Below are positions 8,553-16,346 of a stretch of DNA of 64,000 nt, piece after piece. Position numbers and translations under genes: made by a program. Source of the DNA: a virus (Duplodnaviria > Caudoviricetes); IMG/VR virus record IMGVR_UViG_2898710591_000002, positions 7,401 through 71,400 of that record. The stretch is one strand, 5' to 3'. Numbering within the stretch: position 1 is the first letter of the stretch; every line of letters begins with the position of its first letter. Under the pieces are notes generated by a model. That model did no database searches, was not told the origin of the DNA, and saw nothing but the letters and a program-made list of their open reading frames with translations.

Positions 8553-9144
8553 GCGCTACCTCCAGACTTAACTCATACCAATCCTGCATCGTGTGCAGGT
8601 CATTTAAAACACTGACATGCCCAAATATCTCGCGCATAAACCCAATGTCGTGACGGCCATGCCAGTTGTGCGGCATACAAGCGATAGCGGTGTTTTCGCA
8701 AAACTCATAAATCAGCGTCGCTATCGTGTAGCTACCAAGTTTTGGGTAGAGTTTTTTGATGACCGATGACATGCAAATAAAATCAAAAGCATCGACCGGC
8801 ACGCCAGCGTTAGACAATAACTGCATGATCTGCTTTGCGTTGTGGCAGACGATATAATCTGTCTCAACATCGGCCATAACGTCGTTTAAGACGTTCTTGT
8901 AGTAGTCAGCGCCGTCCAGCTCTCTGTGGTGAATGCCATACAAGCCCTTTTGCTCGCTTGTGATTGAGCGCCTTACATAACAAAGGCGGTGGCTTTCTTC
9001 CCAAGGCTTCTTAGGGTTTGCCTCAATAACGCCCTGACTTGTATCAGTAAACATGATCTGCGACGATGCCACCTGCGTTGCTTGGGCGTACCTGGTTCTG
9101 TCAGTCGCCTTGATATCGATAATTGTTGCTGCTTTTGTGTTCAT
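8545..9144 (-). CDS. Degenerate DEDD exonuclease paralog (probably inactive)
   Basis: MNTKAATIIDIKATD...ATQ parallels MNTPAMIIDFEATD...ATQ. The catalytic E is replaced by K, and CHNAKQI lacks the ExoII Asp. Confidence 0.65.
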   Translation of the reverse strand: MNTKAATIIDIKATDRTRYAQATQVASSQIMFTDTSQGVIEANPKKPWEESHRLCYVRRSITSEQKGLYGIHHRELDGADYYKNVLNDVMADVETDYIVCHNAKQIMQLLSNAGVPVDAFDFICMSSVIKKLYPKLGSYTIATLIYEFCENTAIACMPHNWHGRHDIGFMREIFGHVSVLNDLHTMQDWYELSLEVAHG

Positions 9145-9176
9145 AATGTTTTTTCCGTAGTAGAGAAAATAGGGGC

Positions 9177-9521
9177 TTAGTGCGTACCGGCCGCCTGATA
9201 TGGCTCAGGCTTTGTTTTTTGATCTCTAAACTTACTTATCGATTCGTCCATGTGACGGGTTAATTCAGTAATAATCTCAATCATAAGTAGATTGGGTTTT
9301 TCAATCGCGCCCTGTTTAAGCAAGTAGTCGAAGTTTTGAGCTATCGCGGTAGCTTGCATCCCCATCATTGCTGAAGCAGTGCCGGCACAGTGAACCAACA
9401 CCGTTCCCTTTTGATTTACATCGGTCGAAATAACAACCATTGCGTGATTTACATCGTCACCAGTGACTTCATTGAAGCTATTGATCAAATCCTGAGACTC
9501 TTTTTCAATATTCTTATTCAT
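9177..9521 (-). CDS. Phage hypothetical protein
   Basis: ORF in the early-left operon; start chosen at 9521 because of the shared leader motif. Confidence 0.65.
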   Translation of the reverse strand: MNKNIEKESQDLINSFNEVTGDDVNHAMVVISTDVNQKGTVLVHCAGTASAMMGMQATAIAQNFDYLLKQGAIEKPNLLMIEIITELTRHMDESISKFRDQKTKPEPYQAAGTH

Positions 9522-9552
9522 AATCATTTTTCCGTAGTAAATTGAATAGGGT

Positions 9553-9645
9553 GTTTAGGCTGGCAGTTGCCCTTTCAAACTACCTCAGCGTCATAGCCTT
9601 GGTGAGCCATCACCTCACCAACTAGCTGATACAAGTCACCTAAAC
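9553..9645 (-). ncRNA. Candidate structured intergenic RNA (three-way junction)
   Basis: Stems GUUUAGGU/GCCUAAAC, UCAGC/GCUGA enclosing UUGGUGAG/CUCACCAA, and GGUAGUU/AACUGCC. Confidence 0.45.
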
Positions 9646-9668
9646 GATTGATGGTTTATTCCAAAAAG

Positions 9669-10493
9669 TTAAAACTGACCGTCAAAATAGGGGGCAAACG
9701 GGATATCGTCATCTACTGGACCACCGCCATTCATAGCAGGGTTGTTGGCTGGCGCGTTGTTTTGGTTTTGATACCCTTGCTGGTTCTGAGTAGCTGCGCC
9801 ACGCTGATAGCTTACGCTACTGCTCTGCATTGGGTTCCCACCATTCATTTGGTTGTTGAAACCATTTTGCGGCTGTCCATTCATCGCCGCTTCGTTTTCG
9901 GCCTTTTCTTTGGACTTGGCGCTATACTTGATCATCGCCTCGGTCACAGTGTTAAAGGCGTCTGGGTTGGCTGGCTGGTTATTGGCCTTTTCAAACGGTA
10001 GCTGGCGCGTATCAGCATCAAAGACATTAAACAACTCAGGCGCACCGCGCTTTACTTCATACTTTGTCTTATGAAAGTAGTATCTGTCCGTCAAGAACAT
10101 GCCAACTTTCTTGCCAGCCAGCTCAGGCGCAACCATACCGCTAACTGTTACGTCTTTTTGCTCGTCATAGTTATATTCTTGGTAAGAGCCTTGCACTTGC
10201 GAAAGTGACGGTGTGTTGGTGCAAAGCATCATGGCGTTGATAATGTTTTCACCAGACCAACTTCTGCCTGATTCGTCCGCATAAGGAATCTCGATCATCG
10301 TGGTTGATTTGTCCGCGTTCATAATATGGACAGTAAGGTTGTGGACTGCCGGACTCATGCGCGTGTTAGTTTTCCATGCCGCGCTAATGATCTTATAAAC
10401 ATCGCTGGTATCGCCAGTAATGTAGTTTGACTGGCCGACCTTCGCAGCCTTTGATTTGTCCAACTGCCAAACTGATTGTGATTGCTGATTCAT
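9669..10493 (-). CDS. Phage single-stranded DNA-binding protein-like
   Basis: Q/N/G-rich linker and acidic DDDIPF tail; lies directly after a Sak4-like gene. Confidence 0.65.
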   Translation of the reverse strand: MNQQSQSVWQLDKSKAAKVGQSNYITGDTSDVYKIISAAWKTNTRMSPAVHNLTVHIMNADKSTTMIEIPYADESGRSWSGENIINAMMLCTNTPSLSQVQGSYQEYNYDEQKDVTVSGMVAPELAGKKVGMFLTDRYYFHKTKYEVKRGAPELFNVFDADTRQLPFEKANNQPANPDAFNTVTEAMIKYSAKSKEKAENEAAMNGQPQNGFNNQMNGGNPMQSSSVSYQRGAATQNQQGYQNQNNAPANNPAMNGGGPVDDDIPFAPYFDGQF

Positions 10494-10515
10494 GGGTGTT
10501 TCTCCTGATTAAAAA

Positions 10516-11175
10516 TTAAGCCTGTTCTGGCTGCTGGTTTGGGTTTTTTGCAATGCCGTAGTATTCGCATATCGCGTCATCTACCGCGTTAAGGTCATTC
10601 GGGATAAGCTCAGACTGGAACATATCTTCAGGACTTTTAACGGTGTTAAAGCCATTGTTTTGCGTCATGAAGAAGTGGCCGTCATCACGGAGTGTTGTTT
10701 GAAGTACAGTGGACACAAGACCTTCCAGTACAATCTTGTCATCTAAAACCTTACCCATTGTCTTGATGCGCTGGCGTCCATTATCTTCTTGAAGGTGAGC
10801 TAGTATGTAAACGCGCTTGTCATTACTAACGTGATTGATTGCAGTATCAAACACGGAAAAAGCGTTGTATGACAAAATGTTATAGCGATCAAAAGCAGCG
10901 CCTTTCTCATACTTCTGATTGTTGCCACGTATGTACTCAAGACTCATGATGTATTGAAAGTCGTCAATGACAATAACAGGGGCCTTGCTTCTAACTAGCG
11001 CGTCGCAAATCTTAGGGGCGCTATCAGTTGCAAGCTTTTTAAAATCCTTGCCACCACGAAAGGGTAGTGGTTTGTTGACGACATTGATAACACCAGTTTG
11101 GCTTGGGTCTAAATGTTTTAGGCTGTAGGACTTGCCTTCGCCACTATTGCCTAGAATTAAAGTCACGATAGCCAT
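10516..11175 (-). CDS. Sak4-like (AAA_24) recombination ATPase
   Basis: Walker A GNSGEGKS, VIVIDD Walker B, and ILAH and VKSP motifs. Confidence 0.75.
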   Translation of the reverse strand: MAIVTLILGNSGEGKSYSLKHLDPSQTGVINVVNKPLPFRGGKDFKKLATDSAPKICDALVRSKAPVIVIDDFQYIMSLEYIRGNNQKYEKGAAFDRYNILSYNAFSVFDTAINHVSNDKRVYILAHLQEDNGRQRIKTMGKVLDDKIVLEGLVSTVLQTTLRDDGHFFMTQNNGFNTVKSPEDMFQSELIPNDLNAVDDAICEYYGIAKNPNQQPEQA

Positions 11176-11357
11176 CAGCTGCCCTCCCCATCCATCATAA
11201 AAATACTGTCAAAGTCAGCAAGCAAGCGGTCACTTACTTTCTTGTCGGTCGGCTGGCGCGTGCTTTCTTTGCAACCGCTGCCAATGCAGGCTGTTAGGCG
11301 CAGCTCATCTTCTAGCGCCCACTCCCACTGAGCTTGTGGCTGTTGGTACTCACTCAT
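11175..11357 (-). CDS. Small phage hypothetical protein
   Basis: Start/stop overlaps with both neighbours. Confidence 0.55.
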   Translation of the reverse strand: MSEYQQPQAQWEWALEDELRLTACIGSGCKESTRQPTDKKVSDRLLADFDSIFMMDGEGS

Positions 11358-11635
11358 AACTCTCTCCCATACGCCGCAGCGATTACTTTATTTGCATGAG
11401 CCGCTTCCTTAGCCTGCTGGCTCGCTTCGTACTCTTCCCAGCTCATATCGTCCTCGCTGGCAGGATCGGTGTTTTCCTCAAGCCAAAGCTGGTGCTCTAA
11501 GTGCGTGCGGTCTTGCGACTCGATGCCAGTATCAATGGCGTTTGCGCCAGTGACGACTATCGCGCTGGCGAGTAGGGCGAACAATGCGAGCTTTGCTGTC
11601 AGCTCGGCATTGACTAACTTTAATAATTGTTTCAT
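11354..11635 (-). CDS. Phage protein with N-terminal membrane/signal helix
   Basis: LALFALLASAIVVTGANA hydrophobic stretch; RBS GGAG. Confidence 0.65.
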   Translation of the reverse strand: MKQLLKLVNAELTAKLALFALLASAIVVTGANAIDTGIESQDRTHLEHQLWLEENTDPASEDDMSWEEYEASQQAKEAAHANKVIAAAYGREL

Positions 11636-11638
11636 AAT
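11610..11638 (+). promoter_or_regulatory. Sigma70 promoter antisense to the early-left operon
   Basis: TTGACT (11610-11615) - 17 bp - CATAAT (11633-11638). Confidence 0.65.
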
Positions 11639-11644
11639 GGGTTC

Positions 11645-11694
11645 TCCGTAGTAGGTAAGCCCTGATCAGTTGCGTCTGATTGGGGCTTTTTTTA
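11645..11694 (+). ncRNA. Predicted ~50-nt small antisense RNA (5' UCCGUAGUAG seed plus terminator hairpin)
   Basis: Lies between the 11610-11638 promoter and the intrinsic terminator aagccctgatcag-ttgcgt-ctgattggggc-T7. Confidence 0.55.
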
Positions 11695-11850
11695 TGCCTG
11701 ATCGTTAAGCGCTTTGATCAGCGCGTCTGCCAAACGCACTGCTTTAACAGCGACCTGGTGAGTAGTGAGACGGTTATCAGTTGCCGCGACTTGCATAGCA
11801 GCTATTGCTATTTGATCGCGTCGGCTTAACGGTTCTGATTGATTACTCAT
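11692..11850 (-). CDS. Small phage protein, first gene of the PL operon
   Basis: MSNQSEPLSRRDQIAIAAMQ...AVRLADALIKAL, a recurrent small phage protein pattern. AAGGA RBS before ATG 11850. Confidence 0.65.
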   Translation of the reverse strand: MSNQSEPLSRRDQIAIAAMQVAATDNRLTTHQVAVKAVRLADALIKALNDQA

Positions 11851-11924
11851 AAGATGGTCCTTATGTGGTTGAGGGTAATAAACAAAGCGATTGCTTGCAG
11901 GGCGATTGCCGTTTTGATGCACCT

Positions 11925-11994
11925 ATTATGCGCATACGCATTTATAAATGCAAGTATTATTGCATTAAAAAATGCACTATATGCACAAACGCAT
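11925..11994 (-). promoter_or_regulatory. PL promoter and OL operators
   Basis: Minus strand TTGCAT-17-CATAAT (11953-11925); operators ATGCGCATACGCAT (11928-11941) and ATGCACAAACGCAT (11981-11994). Confidence 0.7.
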
Positions 11995-12006
11995 GACCAC
12001 AGACAC

Positions 12007-12033
12007 AAAAAAACCACCTGCAATGAGGTGGTT
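12007..12033 (-). terminator. cI terminator
   Basis: aaccacct-gcaatg-aggtggtt hairpin with a T-run on the minus strand. Confidence 0.65.
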
Positions 12034-12067
12034 ATCAAGTTTTTCTTATTCTTATTTGATATTGCGC

Positions 12068-12760
12068 TTAGTGACCAGCTCTAAAATACTGTCGGCCTAT
12101 TATAATTAGGCTTTCGTGATTGTCGGCTGTAATTATCTTGTCCGGGTACTTATCATTAAAGCTATGCAGTCGTAAATTGCCGCCGCCTTCCAAAAAGACC
12201 TGTTTAAACATGCGGTCCCCATCTAGCAGCAAGGCATAAACCTGACCGTCTTTTAGTTCTTTGTCGCTGAGTATGACGCCAACTTCATCTTTATCATTGA
12301 TGTAAGGAGCCATACTATCATTGACAGCGCAGACCAACTTAAAGTCTTCCGGCCTCACGCCTGCCTTAATAAAAAATTCTTCTTCAAAATCCCTGTAGCC
12401 CTTTATTTCCTCAAAGCCAAAGTCTTTGTTTCCATCGCCACAGCAGAAAACCACGCTGTAAATCGGTATTGATATCAACTCTCTTCTCCTTTCTTTTACC
12501 CGAACATTATTACTGTTAACAATAGGCGTTAACAGACTTTTATTTTCCTCGTTTGTAAGGTCGTTATATCTCAAGTCCGCAACAGACACGCCGAAATAGT
12601 CCGCGTACTTCTTTAGGGTTCGGTCACTTGGATTGACCGTGGTTCCGTTCAAAATCCGAGATGTGGTTGTTTGTGGAACGCCAATATCATCTTGAAGCTG
12701 GGTGGCGTTCGTCCTTTTGCTGTGCATTAGGTGATCTAGGTTCTTAATAAGAGTGTTCAT
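12068..12760 (-). CDS. cI: CI-like repressor (HTH + S24 autopeptidase)
   Basis: XRE HTH (IGVPQTTTSRILNG), Cys-Gly cleavage-like site (FCCGDG), and catalytic Ser (NDSMAP) and Lys (MFKQV). Confidence 0.9.
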   Translation of the reverse strand: MNTLIKNLDHLMHSKRTNATQLQDDIGVPQTTTSRILNGTTVNPSDRTLKKYADYFGVSVADLRYNDLTNEENKSLLTPIVNSNNVRVKERRRELISIPIYSVVFCCGDGNKDFGFEEIKGYRDFEEEFFIKAGVRPEDFKLVCAVNDSMAPYINDKDEVGVILSDKELKDGQVYALLLDGDRMFKQVFLEGGGNLRLHSFNDKYPDKIITADNHESLIIIGRQYFRAGH

Positions 12761-12806
12761 ATAAACCCCAGCGGTTAATTGGCTAATATTTTGTGTTACT
12801 TATTTT

Positions 12807-12876
12807 ATGCGTTTACGCATATCTTTAATAGCGTCAATGCAAAAGTGGTTGCTTTAATGCGTAAGCGCATTATAAT
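12807..12876 (+). promoter_or_regulatory. OR operators and PR promoter
   Basis: ATGCGTTTACGCAT (12807-12820) and ATGCGTAAGCGCAT (12857-12870), the latter between TTGCTT and TATAAT (12871-12876). Same 14-bp palindrome family as OL. Confidence 0.72.
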
Positions 12877-12908
12877 AAGCGTATCGATATAAAAAAGAGA
12901 ATCCAATC

Positions 12909-13160
12909 ATGCTACCTCCTCATATCTGCCTAGAAAAGCTAGAAGAGGCTGGTATCAATCAAAAAGATATCAGCTCAAAAGTTGGCGCCAATCAGTCAAG
13001 TATCTCTCGCATCCAACGCCAGTTATTCAAGAATTCTGGCTGGCAGACGGTAGAGAGAATTCAAAGTCTTTACCAACACGTCTGTGTAAATAAAGAAAGT
13101 ATCGATAGTTTCTTGGATTATGAGGAATACATCAAAACCCAAGATATCGAACATGCTTAA
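12909..13160 (+). CDS. cro: Cro-like HTH protein
   Basis: INQKDISSKVGANQSSISRI HTH; divergent from cI. Confidence 0.78.
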   Translation: MLPPHICLEKLEEAGINQKDISSKVGANQSSISRIQRQLFKNSGWQTVERIQSLYQHVCVNKESIDSFLDYEEYIKTQDIEHA

Positions 13161-13184
13161 CCACTACTACTACGGAGTTAAATC

Positions 13185-13826
13185 ATGTCCACAAATCAAT
13201 TATCACTCGAAAAACAGCGCCAGTCACGCAATATGCAATCAGACATCTTGCACGCAGTTGCAGAGACTAGGCAGGTAAATGTCGCTAAATGCCTTGGCGT
13301 AGAGTCAAGTACAGTCGGTCGCTGGCTAGATGCAAAAAACCCAGAAAGCCAAGTTGTGCGCTTTTGCGACATGCTCGCACTTTGCGGCCTAAAGATCGTG
13401 CCAGCTAATGCGAAATGCTATGACGCGGCAAAAATCGAAATACTGTTTCGTATATCAAAGGACCATTTTCAGCGTTTAGATGCAGTTGATGACTTCTTTC
13501 AAAACGACGCTGGCATGACTGACAGCACTGACGCTCGTTACAGTCGTGCTTGTGCGCTATCAAACGTAAACACCTATCCAAGCCGCTTATCTACAAAGCT
13601 TGCCAGCCTTTATGCCGCAATCAAGCGCTCAATAACTGCTAAGAATGATGTTATTAGACCGCCAACATTGGTCGCAAGACAAGCGGCACGCGACGAGATA
13701 GAAGAAGAGCGTCAAGCACTCACTGCCGACGAACAGAAGTTTTGGAACCTGTTTTATATCTTTATTCACGCTGTATTGGTACTGGTCGTACTGTCAGCAA
13801 TTTATAGATTTTGGGGTGAATCATGA
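13185..13826 (+). CDS. CII-like regulator with long C-terminal extension ending in a TM helix
   Basis: Located after cro; N-terminal ~100 aa has a CII-like pattern (VAKCLGVESSTVGRW...LALCGLKIVP); C-terminal FWNLFYIFIHAVLVLVVLSAIYRFW. Confidence 0.65.
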   Translation: MSTNQLSLEKQRQSRNMQSDILHAVAETRQVNVAKCLGVESSTVGRWLDAKNPESQVVRFCDMLALCGLKIVPANAKCYDAAKIEILFRISKDHFQRLDAVDDFFQNDAGMTDSTDARYSRACALSNVNTYPSRLSTKLASLYAAIKRSITAKNDVIRPPTLVARQAARDEIEEERQALTADEQKFWNLFYIFIHAVLVLVVLSAIYRFWGES

Positions 13827-14749
13827 TCGAAGAAATGCACTTTGCCAATGTTAGCACGCGTGCAAAGCTCATCAAAAAAGAGTGGGCGGCAGCGGTTGCG
13901 GAATACTTAGAAGAAGTTGGCGCAACCGACCTCGATGACCCAAACGCACCAAAACGCAAAACACCGCGCACCGACGCACAGCTACGCGAGCTTGAAGGTA
14001 TTGAGCGTAAAAAAGCCGACGAGCGAGCACAAGCAGAGTACAAAGCGGCAATGGAGCGCTTGAACAACGGCACCGCGGTACTGCGTCAGCCCAAAGAGCG
14101 CACGCCGGTAGTGGTCACTAAACCAAAAGGCAAGGAGCTGGCCAAAAAGCCGACCAAGCCGCGCAAAGCGAGAGCTAAAAAGCCAACCAAGGTGGTTTTG
14201 ACAAAAAACTATCATCAGCTGCGCGAAGCGGCGGTAAATAACCGCATTAAATCCATGCTCAAGATGCTAAACGCTGGCGGGAAAATTGAAATGTTAGTTT
14301 CGACAGACCGCAAAAACCATGCGCTTTACTGTTTACAGCGTAAAGACATCGTGCGCCTCAGAGAGCGTGCCAGCGAAGACCTTATCCGCGTTAAAAACAT
14401 TACTAGCGGGAAAAGCTACTTCGTACTTGATCGTTACCCGCGTTACAGCGCTGATACACCGATCAACATACTAGAGCCAAAAGCATTATTGCGAGCGCTT
14501 ACGAGCGGCAAGCTGGTGCGCGTTGATAGCATCAAGCAAAACCTTTCGCATGTCTATAAGCACATTACCGAACTGGTCAAGTCTTACGGCTTTAATATCC
14601 ATTCAATACATGCAGACAACAAGCAAGTGATTGGCTGGATTTTACTAGAGGATGAATCAAAAGAAGCTGCTTATAAAGAGTTTGAAGCTATCGCGGCAGG
14701 GATCGGCGCAACCGTCAAGCAGGTAATCGCTGCGGGCAACGGGCAATAA
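13823..14749 (+). CDS. Phage hypothetical protein (basic)
   Basis: 308-aa ORF with ATGA overlap. Confidence 0.7.
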   Translation: MIEEMHFANVSTRAKLIKKEWAAAVAEYLEEVGATDLDDPNAPKRKTPRTDAQLRELEGIERKKADERAQAEYKAAMERLNNGTAVLRQPKERTPVVVTKPKGKELAKKPTKPRKARAKKPTKVVLTKNYHQLREAAVNNRIKSMLKMLNAGGKIEMLVSTDRKNHALYCLQRKDIVRLRERASEDLIRVKNITSGKSYFVLDRYPRYSADTPINILEPKALLRALTSGKLVRVDSIKQNLSHVYKHITELVKSYGFNIHSIHADNKQVIGWILLEDESKEAAYKEFEAIAAGIGATVKQVIAAGNGQ

Positions 14750-14844
14750 AAAACGCTCATCAATGCGACTTGATGAGCGTTCAACTAACTAAACACGTAC
14801 TGGATACGCAAGAGGATTATGACATGAGTTATCAAGATATACAA
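14746..14844 (-). ncRNA. OOP-like antisense RNA unit (promoter, ~60-nt RNA, terminator)
   Basis: Minus strand TTGTAT-17-CATAAT (14844-14816); terminator aacgctcatcaa-gtcgca-ttgatgagcg-T6 ending ~14748. Confidence 0.55.
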
Positions 14845-15306
14845 CAAGAAGCGCAATCAGGATTCATTTTTCAACAAGGCGAGCTTAGAGAGCCTATAGG
14901 CGAACCACAGCACTACGAATGTCAGATTTGTAGCAATGAGGCAAGCGGCAACTTCTACGGTACTGGTTTTATGCTATGCGTCTTGTGTGCTGACTATGTG
15001 GCCAATGTTTACACGCATTTGCGTACTGGAAAATATGCCACATGGGATATAGAAGATGAATCGACCGCAGCAAGAAAGGCAAAAAGAAAGGATGTGATTA
15101 CTCAGTCCTTAAGAACACAAGTTTTTGAACGCGATCAGTACCGCTGCATTAATTGCGATTCCCATAAAAAACTATGTGCCGATCACATTTACCCTGAGTC
15201 AAAAGGTGGTGCTACCACACTAGAGAACCTACAAACCCTATGCCAGTCGTGCAATAACTCAAAAGGCACTAAGACGATGGAAGAATGGTTAGGGGGTGCA
15301 AAGTGA
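14824..15306 (+). CDS. HNH endonuclease with N-terminal Zn-binding CxxC pairs
   Basis: VFERDQYRCINC...DHIYPESKGG...NLQTLCQSCNNSKG. Confidence 0.88.
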   Translation: MSYQDIQQEAQSGFIFQQGELREPIGEPQHYECQICSNEASGNFYGTGFMLCVLCADYVANVYTHLRTGKYATWDIEDESTAARKAKRKDVITQSLRTQVFERDQYRCINCDSHKKLCADHIYPESKGGATTLENLQTLCQSCNNSKGTKTMEEWLGGAK

Positions 15307-16340
15307 AATACTCAACTGACATAGTAGAGCAGCTAATGGAGCAATACTTGAGAGTACCCGTAAACCTTCTAAAGATGCAGAAGGTTATTAAAAACCCTAG
15401 TGCGTATCTTTGCTTGCAATTTATATGGGCAAAAACGAGCTGGAAGAATAACTCTGACACGATTTCTTATTCTCAGTTTAAAGATGATGATCGTTACGGT
15501 ACTGGCTTAAGCATTAAAACTATCCAGCGCTCAATCGAAAAATTAGAAGAACTAAAGCTAATTATTGTTAAACCTAGTTTTAACAATATGCACCAATTCT
15601 CTATAAATATAGCTGAAATAAATCGTTTGGCTGATGACCAAGCCCAGTCAAAAAGCACACAAGCCAAGTCAAATAGACCTGACTTGGAAGATACAAGCCC
15701 AGTCAATTTGTCTATAAGCCAAGTCAATTTGACCTACAAGCATGGTCATTCTGTCTATAAGCCTAGTCAAATTGACCTACACATAACTACTTCTACATTA
15801 CTACCTTTTAATACTTATACATTAACTACTAGAAAATTATTTAACACAGATAATTCTACGGTTAAAAAACTATCACCAGCAAAACAAGAGCGAGAGATTT
15901 TAGTTAAATCGCTTTTTGAAAAATGGCTTGAGTTGTCTGGCCAAAGAATCAAGCCATCCAAAAAACGCCTTAGCCACATCAACGCACGATTGGATGACGA
16001 CTTCACGGAACAGCAAATCATAGATGCCATGACCTACGTTGCTACCGATAGCTGGCATGTAGCCAACGGTCAAAATCTAATTGAGATTGCTGTTCGGTCA
16101 ACTGAGCAGTTAGAAAAGAAATTAATCAAGGTGGCTTCACTCGCTAATCAACCACCAGTCAACCACCAGTCAAGCAAGCCACAGCGCTCAACGCCTGATC
16201 CTCTTGCAGTCAACGCAAAGTACGACGTACCAAGCGAAATGACCGACGAGCAGAAACGCGCATGGTTCGCAGGTGGCGCAGACAGCAATATGCCAAGCGA
16301 TATCGCACCAGACAACAGCCACGACTACTACTACGGGTAA
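15303..16340 (+). CDS. Phage replication initiator (O-like)
   Basis: N-terminal wHTH (ISYSQF...TGLSIKTIQRSIEKLEELKLI), internal iterons, followed by a DnaC-like gene. GTG start overlaps the HNH stop. Confidence 0.8.
   Translation: MKYSTDIVEQLMEQYLRVPVNLLKMQKVIKNPSAYLCLQFIWAKTSWKNNSDTISYSQFKDDDRYGTGLSIKTIQRSIEKLEELKLIIVKPSFNNMHQFSINIAEINRLADDQAQSKSTQAKSNRPDLEDTSPVNLSISQVNLTYKHGHSVYKPSQIDLHITTSTLLPFNTYTLTTRKLFNTDNSTVKKLSPAKQEREILVKSLFEKWLELSGQRIKPSKKRLSHINARLDDDFTEQQIIDAMTYVATDSWHVANGQNLIEIAVRSTEQLEKKLIKVASLANQPPVNHQSSKPQRSTPDPLAVNAKYDVPSEMTDEQKRAWFAGGADSNMPSDIAPDNSHDYYYG
15640..15780 (+). repeat. Replication-origin iterons inside the initiator gene
   Basis: Six ~21-22 bp copies of AAGCC(C/A/T)AGTCAAWTWGWC(C)TA-like sequence, followed by an AT-rich tract. 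Confidence 0.8.
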
Positions 16341-16346
16341 ATCATC

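Noticed and set aside
10556-10563. Additional TACTACGG copy
   Set aside because: It lies within Sak4-like coding sequence (EYYG), about 60 nt from the next ATG and not at the RBS. Not counted as a target.
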